A stretch of 64,000 nucleotides of DNA. Source: Gammaproteobacteria bacterium. GTDB lineage: Bacteria; Pseudomonadota; Gammaproteobacteria; Eutrophobiales; Eutrophobiaceae. Both the position numbers and the translations under genes were made by a program. Location: contig CBDEUC010000003.1 in the NCBI GenBank assembly GCA_965243105.1, positions 769,217-833,216 of the forward strand. The letters run 5' to 3'. The notes beneath the pieces are model-generated. The model worked only from the letters and a program-made list of their open reading frames with translations. It was not told the origin of the DNA and did not search any database. Below, one piece after another: positions 46,781 through 55,412 of this stretch; the stretch's first letter is position 1, and every line of letters starts with the position of its first letter.

Positions 46781-48280
46781 TTATAATTTAAGGCAGACGT
46801 TGCGCATCTCTGTATAAAACTCGAGAGAATGCACACCACCTTCACGACCGATACCGGATTGCCCTGAACCGCCAAAGGGTGTCCTGAGATCTCTCAGGAA
46901 CCAGCAGTTGACCCAGGAAATACCCACTTCGATTTTTCCTGCTACGCGATGGGCTGTTGCTGCATTCTCGGTCCAGATCGCGGTTGCAAGGCCATAAGGC
47001 GTGTCATTGGCCAGGGCAATCGCCTCATCTTCCGTATCAAATGGGGTGATATGACAGCAGGGGCCAAAAATTTCTTCCTGTATCACTGCCGAGCTCTCTG
47101 GCAGCCCGGTCCATATTGTTGGTTCGATCCAGAAACCATTTGCGTACTCTTCGGGCATCTCCGGAATACCGCCGCCTGTAATGATGTTCGCTCCGTCTTC
47201 TTCAGCTTTCTTATAATAAGAAAGCACCTTGTCTCTTTGCTGCAGGCTGATCATGGGACCAAAATTGGTATCCTTGTCTGAAGGCAGCCCCGGCTTGAGT
47301 TTTTCTGCTGCCTCTTTCAGTCGCGACACGAACTCATCAAAAATCGGACGTTCCACGTAAACCCTCTCTGTGCCAAGACAGACCTGCCCACAGTTGGCAA
47401 ATGCAGAACGCATGGTGCCCTCGATGGCCTTGTCCATGTCACAATCAGCAAACACCACACCGGCGTTTTTACCACCGAGTTCGAAACTGACATCACGGAT
47501 ACCGATTGCCGCCTGTTGCATGATGGCCGTGCCGGTAACGGTTTCCCCGGTAAAGGTTATGGCGTCTACATCCGGGTGCTGGGTAAGAAATTCACCGGCG
47601 GACTCCGGTCCGAAACCATGGATCACGTTATACACACCGGCCGGTATGCCAACCTCATTCATGACTTCACCAAGCAAGGCAGTTGTCGCAGGTGTTTCTT
47701 CCGACGGTTTGACCACCACGGTGTTGCCACACGCAAGTGCGGGGCCTACTTTCCAGGTCATCAAAAGCAATGGCAGGTTCCATGGGCTGATGACTGCAAC
47801 CACACCTTTTGGCACACGCAGGGCGTAGTTGAGTGCGCCTGTGCCATCGGGGGTTTCCATCATGAAAGATTCCGTGGGAACATTTTTTATGGTGTCGGCG
47901 AATACCTTGAAATTGGCAGCGCCCCTTGGAATGTCTATGTGGCTTGCCAGTGAATAGGGCTTGCCAGTATCCAGGCACTCGGCTGCGAGAAAATCATCAA
48001 ACCTCTCATTGATTCCGTCAGCAAGCTTGTAAAGCAGATCAAGCCGCTGCTGAAGTGGCATTTGCCCCCACTCACCGTCAAGTGCATTTTTTGCCGCCCT
48101 GACCGCCGCATCAACCTCGTCCCTGCCCGCCTCGTGTACCATGGCATAGGCCTCACCACTGACCGGGTTGAATGTCTCGAACATTTTACCGTTGGCGGAA
48201 CCGACAAATTCGCCATTGATAAAATGACAGATGGGGTCTCTTTCAGTACCTGCTTCTGTGGATTCTACTTTTGCATGCAT
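46781..48280 (-). CDS. dmpC: 2-hydroxymuconic semialdehyde dehydrogenase
   Basis: 'HIDIPRGAANFKVFAD', 'ISPWNLPLLLMTWKVGPALACGN', 'FTGETVTG', 'ELGGKN', 'NCGQVCLG', 'WFLRDLRTPFGG'. Confidence 0.95.
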   Translation of the reverse strand: MHAKVESTEAGTERDPICHFINGEFVGSANGKMFETFNPVSGEAYAMVHEAGRDEVDAAVRAAKNALDGEWGQMPLQQRLDLLYKLADGINERFDDFLAAECLDTGKPYSLASHIDIPRGAANFKVFADTIKNVPTESFMMETPDGTGALNYALRVPKGVVAVISPWNLPLLLMTWKVGPALACGNTVVVKPSEETPATTALLGEVMNEVGIPAGVYNVIHGFGPESAGEFLTQHPDVDAITFTGETVTGTAIMQQAAIGIRDVSFELGGKNAGVVFADCDMDKAIEGTMRSAFANCGQVCLGTERVYVERPIFDEFVSRLKEAAEKLKPGLPSDKDTNFGPMISLQQRDKVLSYYKKAEEDGANIITGGGIPEMPEEYANGFWIEPTIWTGLPESSAVIQEEIFGPCCHITPFDTEDEAIALANDTPYGLATAIWTENAATAHRVAGKIEVGISWVNCWFLRDLRTPFGGSGQSGIGREGGVHSLEFYTEMRNVCLKL

Positions 48281-48308
48281 GATCTTTTCTCGAACTTGAA
48301 AGCTTTAT

Positions 48309-48728
48309 TTATAAACTCGATATAGCGTGCTGCGCTATTTCCTCATCCTGTTTTTCACTGGCGCCTGATACACCTATACCAGCAATACGAACTCCATCTA
48401 CTTCTACCGGCAGGCCACCACCACAGGGCAGTAACCTGTCTGTTGAAAACAATCCGGCCTGGCTCAGGGCGGACATGCTGTCCGCTACAGGTTGCCAACC
48501 CGAGGTGGGCAGGCCAAAACTCATGGCAGTGTAAGCCTTGTTCATCGCAATATCGATGGAATGAAAGGCGGAACCGGGCATTCGAAGAAAAGCAGCCAGG
48601 TGTCCTCCGCTATCAACCACAGCCACGTTGACACAGAGCCCCTGCTCTTCGGCGTAGCTGACCGCGGCATTCACCAGCTTGTTTGCAGCCTGCCAGCTGA
48701 TGTTTTTTTGTTCCACGGTGTTGCTCAT
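48309..48728 (-). CDS. GlcG/HbpS (DUF336) heme-binding family protein, NahX-like
   Basis: 'VNVAVVDSGG.L.AFLRM', 'IAMNKAYTA', 'GGGLPV', 'GIGVSG...QDEEIA'; start overlaps the GST stop codon. Confidence 0.88.
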   Translation of the reverse strand: MSNTVEQKNISWQAANKLVNAAVSYAEEQGLCVNVAVVDSGGHLAAFLRMPGSAFHSIDIAMNKAYTAMSFGLPTSGWQPVADSMSALSQAGLFSTDRLLPCGGGLPVEVDGVRIAGIGVSGASEKQDEEIAQHAISSL

Positions 48729-49525
48729 GCCTGTTTACTGCCTGAAGTGTATTCCTGGATTTTTTTCCAGGCGGCTTCACCGCGGGTTTTGAGGTCAGCC
48801 AGTGTTTCCTCGCTGAAATCTGCGGCTACACCACTTTGATAAGAATTACGTGATGTTACCCGCTGGTACCAGTCATATACCCTGTCCCGGGATTTGTACC
48901 AGTCTTCCCAGCCAAACTGGTAAAGCGTTTGAAAATAAGGTGCCATCGCGGCATCGGCCAGGCTGAATTCATCTCCCGCCAGCCAGGCCTGCTCAGAAAG
49001 CGTATCCTGCATATCAGCAATGGTCTTTTCGTAAACCCCGACAGCGTCCTTGATGTCCGGTGCATCGTAGCCCATTTTTAGCAGGCGCCGCTGTCTTTCA
49101 CGACGTGGTTTCTCAACCACCTTGTCAATCATCGCCTCCTGCTCCTCTTCCGACATTTGCATCAACTTGTCGCGCATTACCAGCGGCCATTGAAGGGCAC
49201 CACAGCTGGGATGGACCTTGATGTCGATATGCTTCATCCAGAAACGCATCTTTGAACGCTGGTAAGGATCGTTGGGTTTCAATCCCGGCTTCGGAAACTT
49301 GTCATCGAGGTATTCGCATATGATAGAGGATTCGATGACCGGCATACCGTCATCGACCAGCGTGGGTACCACGCCAAGGGGGTTGAGCTTGAGATATTCT
49401 GGTTTGAGATTTTCCTTGGACGGTAAATCCACGTGCTGCTTGTCCCAATCAAGGTCCTTTTCAGCAAGGACAATACGTACCTTTTGCGCACAGGGTGACA
49501 TCGGATGTGTATATAAAGTGAGCAT
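48725..49525 (-). CDS. Glutathione S-transferase, long form (266 aa) with MSxCxxK motif, PcpC/LigF-like architecture
   Basis: 'LYTHPMSPCAQKVRIVLAEK', 'YLKLNPLGVVPTL', 'IESSIICEYLD', long helical insert, 'WLAGDEFSLAD'. Confidence 0.85.
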   Translation of the reverse strand: MLTLYTHPMSPCAQKVRIVLAEKDLDWDKQHVDLPSKENLKPEYLKLNPLGVVPTLVDDGMPVIESSIICEYLDDKFPKPGLKPNDPYQRSKMRFWMKHIDIKVHPSCGALQWPLVMRDKLMQMSEEEQEAMIDKVVEKPRRERQRRLLKMGYDAPDIKDAVGVYEKTIADMQDTLSEQAWLAGDEFSLADAAMAPYFQTLYQFGWEDWYKSRDRVYDWYQRVTSRNSYQSGVAADFSEETLADLKTRGEAAWKKIQEYTSGSKQA

Positions 49526-49609
49526 CAGTCCCGGCTTTTCCCCCTAAAATTGTATTGTTCGCCCGCACTGCAAGTATATAATGCGTGGCTAGTATATCGG
49601 TAAGCGGAG

Positions 49610-49644
49610 ATTATATCGATAAAATTAAAAATATCGATATTTTT
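49610..49644. promoter_or_regulatory. Tandem palindromic operators (copy 2 plus variant) in the GST/gntR divergent promoter
   Basis: AAAAATATCGATATTTTT (49627-49644) preceded by ATTATATCGATAAAAT (49610-49625), centres 18 bp apart; weaker TATATCGGTA at about 49593. Confidence 0.82.
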
Positions 49645-49703
49645 TTATTCCAGGACCTTAGTTATTGATATACATGGATTTTCCAGGAGAAAGACCTAGC
49701 AGA

Positions 49704-50375
49704 ATGGCCACAACGGCGGCAAAAACCCTTGTAGAATCAGCCTATGACCGGCTTCGTAATGATATTGTCGAAGGCCGGCTGGTGCCGAACGCGAAACTCC
49801 GCATCGAGGAACTACGAAGCCAGTATGAAACCGGTGCCAGTCCCCTGCGTGAGGCCCTGAATCGCCTGGCGGGTGAAGGTTTTGTCACCGTCGAAGGCCA
49901 GCGCGGTTTCCGTGTTTCCCCGGTATCCCTCGCAGACCTGGAAGACCTGACCCGAATGCGCATCCTGCTTGAATGCGAAGCACTGAAAGAAAGCATCGAA
50001 AACGGAGATGACAACTGGGAAGCGGAAGTCGTTGCCTCCTTTCATCGACTCACCCGCGCCGAGGAACAAAGAAGCAGCCAGTTCAGCGAGTGGGAAAAAC
50101 GCAATGATGAATTTCACGAGGCCCTGGTTTCGGCAAGTCATTCCCCGTGGCTTTTAAAATTCCGTCATACCCTCTACGAGCAACACAAGCGTTACCGTTT
50201 ACTGGCAATACTGGCCAGCGACCCCACGCGGGACCTGCACGCTGAACACCAGGCTATCAACGACGCAGCAATTGCACGGGACGTCAAGGCCGCCTGCAAG
50301 GCCACAGAAGATCACATCCTTCGTACCTTAAAGACTGATGAAGAAGTGCTGGCCAAGTTGTCCAGCAACAAGTAA
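49704..50375 (+). CDS. GntR-family (FCD domain) transcriptional repressor, AphS/BphS-like context
   Basis: wHTH 'AYDRLRNDIVEGRL.P..KL....L......SPLREALNRL..EGFV....QRGFRV'; FCD 'NDEFHEAL', 'EHQAI', 'EDHI'. Start uncertain (49674 or 49704). Confidence 0.9.
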   Translation: MATTAAKTLVESAYDRLRNDIVEGRLVPNAKLRIEELRSQYETGASPLREALNRLAGEGFVTVEGQRGFRVSPVSLADLEDLTRMRILLECEALKESIENGDDNWEAEVVASFHRLTRAEEQRSSQFSEWEKRNDEFHEALVSASHSPWLLKFRHTLYEQHKRYRLLAILASDPTRDLHAEHQAINDAAIARDVKAACKATEDHILRTLKTDEEVLAKLSSNK

Positions 50376-50410
50376 GACTTCAAGCAGGTTCGTTTTTTCA
50401 GAGTCACCCC

Positions 50411-50869
50411 ATGAGAATTCTTGTTTTTTTACTTTGTAGTTATTCGGCAGTTGCTATTGCCGGGGCTAACAATGATAGCTGTTCCAGCCTGCAGGACCTG
50501 GGCTGGCTCGAGGGAAACTGGCTGGAGCAGAAAGAAAAAAAGGTCTCAGCCGAGCTATGGAAAAAAGTGAGTCCCGGCACCATGGAGGGCAGTGCCAGGG
50601 TACTGAAGAATGGCAAGTTAATGCATTACGAAACGATCCGCCTTGTGGAAATGTCCGGCCATGTGTTTTACATGGTCAAGGTGGATAAAAACCCTTTTCC
50701 TATCCCTTTCAAGCTGGTTGTTTGCAGCAATAAGCAGTACTTCTTTCAAAATCTTCAGCATGATTTTCCCCGGCGCATAGACTACACGCGACTGGATAAT
50801 TCCAGCATGCGCGTGGACGTCACTGACGGACAGGATCGGGGCTTTAGTATTAACTACAGCAGACAATAA
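50411..50869 (+). CDS. Small secreted protein, DUF6265-like
   Basis: Signal peptide; 'LGWLEGNW', 'FQNLQHDFPRRIDY'. Confidence 0.6.
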   Translation: MRILVFLLCSYSAVAIAGANNDSCSSLQDLGWLEGNWLEQKEKKVSAELWKKVSPGTMEGSARVLKNGKLMHYETIRLVEMSGHVFYMVKVDKNPFPIPFKLVVCSNKQYFFQNLQHDFPRRIDYTRLDNSSMRVDVTDGQDRGFSINYSRQ

Positions 50870-50898
50870 CAGGACGGCCGGGAAAGGGCCGCCCTGTT
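50868..50898. terminator. Hairpin between convergent genes, possible terminator of dmpB
   Basis: AACAGGACGGCC-gggaaag-GGCCGCCCTGTT; weak U-tracts. Confidence 0.45.
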
Positions 50899-50910
50899 AA
50901 CAGGGATGAA

Positions 50911-51834
50911 TCAGGTTACAACACCGAGGAAGTTCTCGTTGAGCTTCCTGTCATGGTAGAAAATCGCACGACCCAGTTCCTCTGCTTCCCAGGTAATCGG
51001 ACCCTGGTCCGGGTACCAGGTGTAGTCGCCGCAGAACACTTCGTTGCGGTTTCCTGACGGGTCAAAGAAATAAATTGTACGACCGCGTGTAATACCGTGA
51101 CGGGTCGGGCCGATATCAATAGAGATGTCATGCATGCTCATCAGGTCCGCTGCATTCAGCACCTCTTCCCAGCTCTGCAACATGAATGACACGTGATGCA
51201 GCTTGTTGGGCTCGGCATGCTCAAGGATGGCAATGTCATGGGCCTTGTTGGAACAACTCATGAAGGCCGCAATACGGTTGCCCTCAGGATCAAGCACCTG
51301 CTCGGTTAAATCAAAACCCAGTACATTGGTAAAGAGATCCACCGTACCTGCCGCGTTGCTTCCATACAGCAGGCAATGATCAAAACGATAGACCTTCATA
51401 CCCTTGATCCCTTCCGGCCACGGGTGTGGGTTGGTTCGACCAAGGCCGTTGCCTACCTGCTTCTTGTCGGCATACAGTTCAAAGGTATGGCCTGAAGGAG
51501 AATCAAAGCGCACCCTTTCACCGCAGTTGTTTAACTCACCTTCAGGAATGCGTTCTACGTTCTGACCGTATTCTTTTATCTTTGCTTCAAAGTGATCGAG
51601 ATCGGACTGCTGGTAAACTTTAAAGCCCATGTAGTCGATACCGGGAGAATCAGCTTCACGCAGCACGATGGAGAAACAGTCGTGCTCGTCCCAGGCTTTG
51701 AGATAGACGCGACCCTCGCTGTCTTCATCTGTCTGTATCAGGCCAACCCTTTCCGTGTAGTATTCCACCGACTCTTTCATATCCAGTACACGTATGGCAG
51801 CGTGTCCTGGTCTCATAACACCTGTGAATGACAT
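50911..51834 (-). CDS. dmpB: Catechol 2,3-dioxygenase (XylE/DmpB family)
   Basis: 'GVMRPGH..IRVLDM', '[10 protein letters not shown]', 'FDHCLLYG', 'KAHDIA', 'LHHVSF', '[28 protein letters not shown]'; 307 aa. Confidence 0.97.
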   Translation of the reverse strand: MSFTGVMRPGHAAIRVLDMKESVEYYTERVGLIQTDEDSEGRVYLKAWDEHDCFSIVLREADSPGIDYMGFKVYQQSDLDHFEAKIKEYGQNVERIPEGELNNCGERVRFDSPSGHTFELYADKKQVGNGLGRTNPHPWPEGIKGMKVYRFDHCLLYGSNAAGTVDLFTNVLGFDLTEQVLDPEGNRIAAFMSCSNKAHDIAILEHAEPNKLHHVSFMLQSWEEVLNAADLMSMHDISIDIGPTRHGITRGRTIYFFDPSGNRNEVFCGDYTWYPDQGPITWEAEELGRAIFYHDRKLNENFLGVVT

Positions 51835-51854
51835 GCTCTCCTCCTTTGGGCTAA

Positions 51855-52199
51855 TCAGTTATTAGCCTGCTTAACTTGTTTAAAAAATGTATCAGCATCG
51901 AAATGCTTTTTCCACTTCCCCAGTGCCTTGATTCGCAGGTCGCTATCCGGAATGAGCTTGCAGGCAAGGCAAATGCCATTTGCTTCATCTTCTTTCGAGA
52001 TGTGTTCACGACTCATTTTTCCCGTGTGATACTTTGCGTCCTCGCCCAGTACCTGGACCTTGCATACACCGCAGCCGCCACCGCGACAGCCAACCGGGAT
52101 ACCCTTTCGGCCGAGCTGCTCCATGGCTTTCAGTACATTCTTTTCTCCAGAACAGCTAAAGACATCTCCCGATCCCTCAATGCTGATGGTAAAAGCCAT
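51855..52199 (-). CDS. dmpQ: XylT/DmpQ-type [2Fe-2S] ferredoxin (C23O reactivation)
   Basis: '[18 protein letters not shown]', 'KMSREHIS', 'CLAC'; directly upstream of C23O. Confidence 0.93.
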   Translation of the reverse strand: MAFTISIEGSGDVFSCSGEKNVLKAMEQLGRKGIPVGCRGGGCGVCKVQVLGEDAKYHTGKMSREHISKEDEANGICLACKLIPDSDLRIKALGKWKKHFDADTFFKQVKQANN

Positions 52200-52210
52200 G
52201 GCTGTTCTTA

Positions 52211-53275
52211 TTAGAATTTCTTGAACAGTGCGCTGCGTCGCGCCGGCTTGGCGCTGTCAGCGGCGGTAAAGAAATTCTCCATGAAAATATGATCTTCAAA
52301 CAGGCGCCCCTGCATGAGGGATGTGATCGATGCATCGATCATCGGCGGTGGCCCGCAGAGATAAGCATTGTGCCCCTCGAAATTCCTGTCAAAGCATGAT
52401 TCGGCCAGCTCATGGACAAAACCCCTTGCACCATCCCAGTCGTCTGTTTCTACGGGCTCTGAAAGAGCAACGTGGTAGTGAAAGTTGGCATGCTTTTCTG
52501 CAAGCTCGCTGAAGAGGTCGTCGTAGTAAAGCTCATCTTTATTGCGCGCGCCATAAAGCAGCGTTATTTCCCTTTCATCACCCTGCTCAAGCAAATCAAG
52601 AATCATTGACTTTGGACTGGATAAACCTGAACCACCGGCGATAAACATCATTGCCTCGGAGGCAGACTTGCGCACGTAAAATCGTCCAAGCGGTGCTGTA
52701 AAGGTCAGCTCATCACCTTCCTTTAACTGCTTGTGAAGATAGGTGGTGGCCTGGCCTCCTTCGACATGGCGAATATTAAGTTCAATAAGGTTACGCTCTG
52801 TGGGGGAATTGGCGATGGAGAACGCGCGTGGCTCGTCCAGCCCGGGAATATTCAGGTTCAGGTACTGCCCCGCCTGGAACTCTACCCCGTCACCGGGAAC
52901 TTCAAGCCAGATCCCTTTTATGGTTGGAGTCAGATCTTCAATGCGGACCACTGTACCGCTGAAATCCTCGATAGCCAGGTTCTCAGCATCTTCGTCCTCT
53001 TCCACGTCAGCTTCTATAACGATGTCGGAGCCCAGGGTTGCGCAACAGGCCAGGGTCTTGCCTTCATCTCTTTCCATGTCCATGAGTGCAAAGGCCGATG
53101 CCTCGTTATGCTCCACTTCCCCTTCCAGCACCTGCACCTTGCAGGTTCCACAGACGCCATGGTTGCACGCATAGGGTAAATAGATGCCGGCCCTCAAGGC
53201 GGCATCGAGAAGTTTTTGATCTTCCTCTACCTCGATGGTTTCACCGAGTGGTTCGATTGTTACCTGGTAGGACAT
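52211..53275 (-). CDS. dmpP: Phenol hydroxylase reductase (FAD/[2Fe-2S])
   Basis: 'YACNHGVCGTCK...LACC', 'FQAGQY', 'RAFSIAN', 'FIAGGSGLSSPKSMI', 'AYLCGPPPMID', 'RSALFKKF'. Confidence 0.96.
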   Translation of the reverse strand: MSYQVTIEPLGETIEVEEDQKLLDAALRAGIYLPYACNHGVCGTCKVQVLEGEVEHNEASAFALMDMERDEGKTLACCATLGSDIVIEADVEEDEDAENLAIEDFSGTVVRIEDLTPTIKGIWLEVPGDGVEFQAGQYLNLNIPGLDEPRAFSIANSPTERNLIELNIRHVEGGQATTYLHKQLKEGDELTFTAPLGRFYVRKSASEAMMFIAGGSGLSSPKSMILDLLEQGDEREITLLYGARNKDELYYDDLFSELAEKHANFHYHVALSEPVETDDWDGARGFVHELAESCFDRNFEGHNAYLCGPPPMIDASITSLMQGRLFEDHIFMENFFTAADSAKPARRSALFKKF

Positions 53276-53340
53276 AAAAGTAGTTACACATGTTTTATAA
53301 ATTCGCCCGACAACTGTTTATTATGAAAATATTTAAGAGT

Positions 53341-53448
53341 CTTTAAGAGCATGAACTGTAGAGCAGACCCTCAGCGGCATGGACGCCGCTGTGGAGCGTA
53401 CATGGATGTATTTACAGCGTGTCTGCGAACAATTCATGCTTCTTGAAG
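53341..53448. repeat. About 100-bp structured intergenic repeat, copy B
   Basis: Outer IR agcatgaactgt/acaattcatgct, inner gcagac/gtctgc, hairpins cagcggc-ATGGAC-gccgctg and tac-ATGGAT-gta; core nearly identical to 45780..45880. Confidence 0.85.
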
Positions 53449-53455
53449 CTAGACA

Positions 53456-53818
53456 CTAATTTCCCACTCCGTGCATGCCTTCAAGGCCGGGAGTTTTAAC
53501 TCGAATAAAAGAACAATGGGCGATACCGTTTTCTTCCAGGGTCTTGTCGAAGTCCGGTGTCCAGGGCTCGTTTTCCATTTGCCATTCAGCATTTTCAAAG
53601 TCGGCTTTCTCGGCATCTGGATGGTGCCGGTAATCCGGCCTCAGCATCTGCTCAACAAAATCCCGGAAAGTAATGTTTCCCGGTGTTGGATAGGCATTGG
53701 GCGCGCAGTACATCAGGTGATGGTCCCAGACCACATAAAGGTTCATGATGCCGTTATAGTTTTCCACCAGGTTAGCAGGAGGAAAGTCGTAGGATTCACC
53801 AACAAATTTCACAGCCAT
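53456..53818 (-). CDS. dmpO: Phenol hydroxylase gamma subunit (P4)
   Basis: MAVK...'YDFPPAN..ENY', 'YVVWDHHLMYCAP', 'YRHHPD', 'WTPDFDKTLEENGIAH', 'TPGLEG'; true start ATG 53818 with GAGGA RBS. Confidence 0.92.
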   Translation of the reverse strand: MAVKFVGESYDFPPANLVENYNGIMNLYVVWDHHLMYCAPNAYPTPGNITFRDFVEQMLRPDYRHHPDAEKADFENAEWQMENEPWTPDFDKTLEENGIAHCSFIRVKTPGLEGMHGVGN

Positions 53819-53840
53819 ATTAATATCCTCGTATTCTTGT

Positions 53841-55367
53841 TTAAGCAGCTTCGTCGCTGGGCTTGGCGGCCTTTGCCTGCCATTCTTCCCACATCTGGTG
53901 ATCTTCAGAACCGTAGTATTCACCGGTGTCTTCATCACGTATATGGAGCCAATTCTTATAGTCCTCCAGGGTTGCTCCTCCGCAGTTACCCTGGTAGATC
54001 TGCTGAGGTGGAATATAAGCCTGGCAATATTTCTCCGGCTCCCGGTCAAAGATGTCCTTGCAGCCATGGGAACACATTTGTTGCTTGGTACCCTTGAACT
54101 CGGATACCAGGCACTCGTTCTTGTAGGGATCGTCGGGCTGGGTATGGAAGATTGGAATCTGGCAAACATTACACACTGCGGGCAGACGCTTCTGGAAGAA
54201 ACGTTCACCGTCTTTATGCATTTCAGCCCAGTGTCTGTAGCGAGGCGCATAGAGATTATCAAACAGCTCACCGTACTCCGCTGACAACCAATCCATTTCT
54301 TCGTCCGTAGGCAGCCAGGTATAGAGCGCGGTCGCATGAGAGAACTGGTAAATGGTCGACCAGAATTCATGGGTGATACGGTACTTTTCCTTTGTCGCTG
54401 TCTCGTGATGCTTTGGCAGCCTGATGCCGTAGCGTGCAAGATCATTGAAAAGAGCGATACCGTTTTCTTCCCAGTAAATTTCCCAGGCCTGGCGCCAGGA
54501 CATGACTTTCTTTGGCAACATATAGTCCATCATGGTGCCCACAAGACCCAGCAGGCGATAGCCACGCCAGAACCACTTGTCCAGCCATTCCTGCACGATA
54601 GGTACGTTGTCCTCGTGCTGCTCCAGCATGAACTTGATGATTTCAAGTCCAAGGGTCATGTGCCGGGATTCATCGGACTGGGCTGAAAAACCAAAAGTGG
54701 TTGTAGCCATGTCACCGTTGTAGGCAGCACCCGAGACAAAGGGCATGAACAGCAGGTTGGTCAGTACGTATTCAAAAGAAAACGAGATGGCCGTGATAAA
54801 TTCAAAGGGGCCAGCAGTCATGGCATCTTCAAAGTAGGACTTTGGAATCGACAGGTACCAGGCTCGGTCTCGAATACGGGCATGCTGGTTAAAGCCATTG
54901 AAGTACTTGTTGTAATGGCTGAATGCATGCACCTGGGTCTGGTGATGACGCATCTCGTCAATTGCCTGGAACTGGGTTGCAACCCTTGCCCCGGCACCAC
55001 GGAAATTTCGGCCCAGCATGTTAAAACCACGAAATGCCGCATACTCCAGTGGCGTCACACCCTGCATCCATATCTTTACCGCGTTCATGTAGCGGGCGTC
55101 GGAGATACTCTGCTGGCTGTTGTTCTGAGCAACGCTATCGAGAATCGCGTATAGCTTTCGTTCTTTTTCAGCCTGGTACTTCCAGTAGGCATCCATGGTC
55201 AGGCGAAACGGATCCTGCCACTTGTCCCAGTCCTTGACGATGATTCCCTCGTACTTGTCGTAGGGAAATACATCATCCATGTCCTGGTAAGTGGTTTCCC
55301 AGTCAAGACCACGGGTCATGAGCTGGTATTTCTGGTTCAGGTTAAGGCGCTTTGCTTTTCCCGACAT
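53841..55367 (-). CDS. dmpN: Phenol hydroxylase alpha (diiron) subunit (P3)
   Basis: 'DWDKWQDPFRLTMDAYWKYQAEKE', diiron ligands 'PLEY', 'IDEMRH', 'SFEYVLTN', 'QSDESRH'; YHS-like 'CNVCQ...CSHGC'; start ATG 55367. Confidence 0.97.
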   Translation of the reverse strand: MSGKAKRLNLNQKYQLMTRGLDWETTYQDMDDVFPYDKYEGIIVKDWDKWQDPFRLTMDAYWKYQAEKERKLYAILDSVAQNNSQQSISDARYMNAVKIWMQGVTPLEYAAFRGFNMLGRNFRGAGARVATQFQAIDEMRHHQTQVHAFSHYNKYFNGFNQHARIRDRAWYLSIPKSYFEDAMTAGPFEFITAISFSFEYVLTNLLFMPFVSGAAYNGDMATTTFGFSAQSDESRHMTLGLEIIKFMLEQHEDNVPIVQEWLDKWFWRGYRLLGLVGTMMDYMLPKKVMSWRQAWEIYWEENGIALFNDLARYGIRLPKHHETATKEKYRITHEFWSTIYQFSHATALYTWLPTDEEMDWLSAEYGELFDNLYAPRYRHWAEMHKDGERFFQKRLPAVCNVCQIPIFHTQPDDPYKNECLVSEFKGTKQQMCSHGCKDIFDREPEKYCQAYIPPQQIYQGNCGGATLEDYKNWLHIRDEDTGEYYGSEDHQMWEEWQAKAAKPSDEAA

Positions 55368-55412
55368 AAGTCTATTCCTCAATATTGTTAAATCGATTTG
55401 TTATTTCAATCC

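Noticed and set aside
53819-54445. 329-aa ORF suggesting an extended DmpO fusion or overlapping gene
   Set aside because: The extension is an alternative frame of dmpN; DmpO similarity and an RBS start at 53818.
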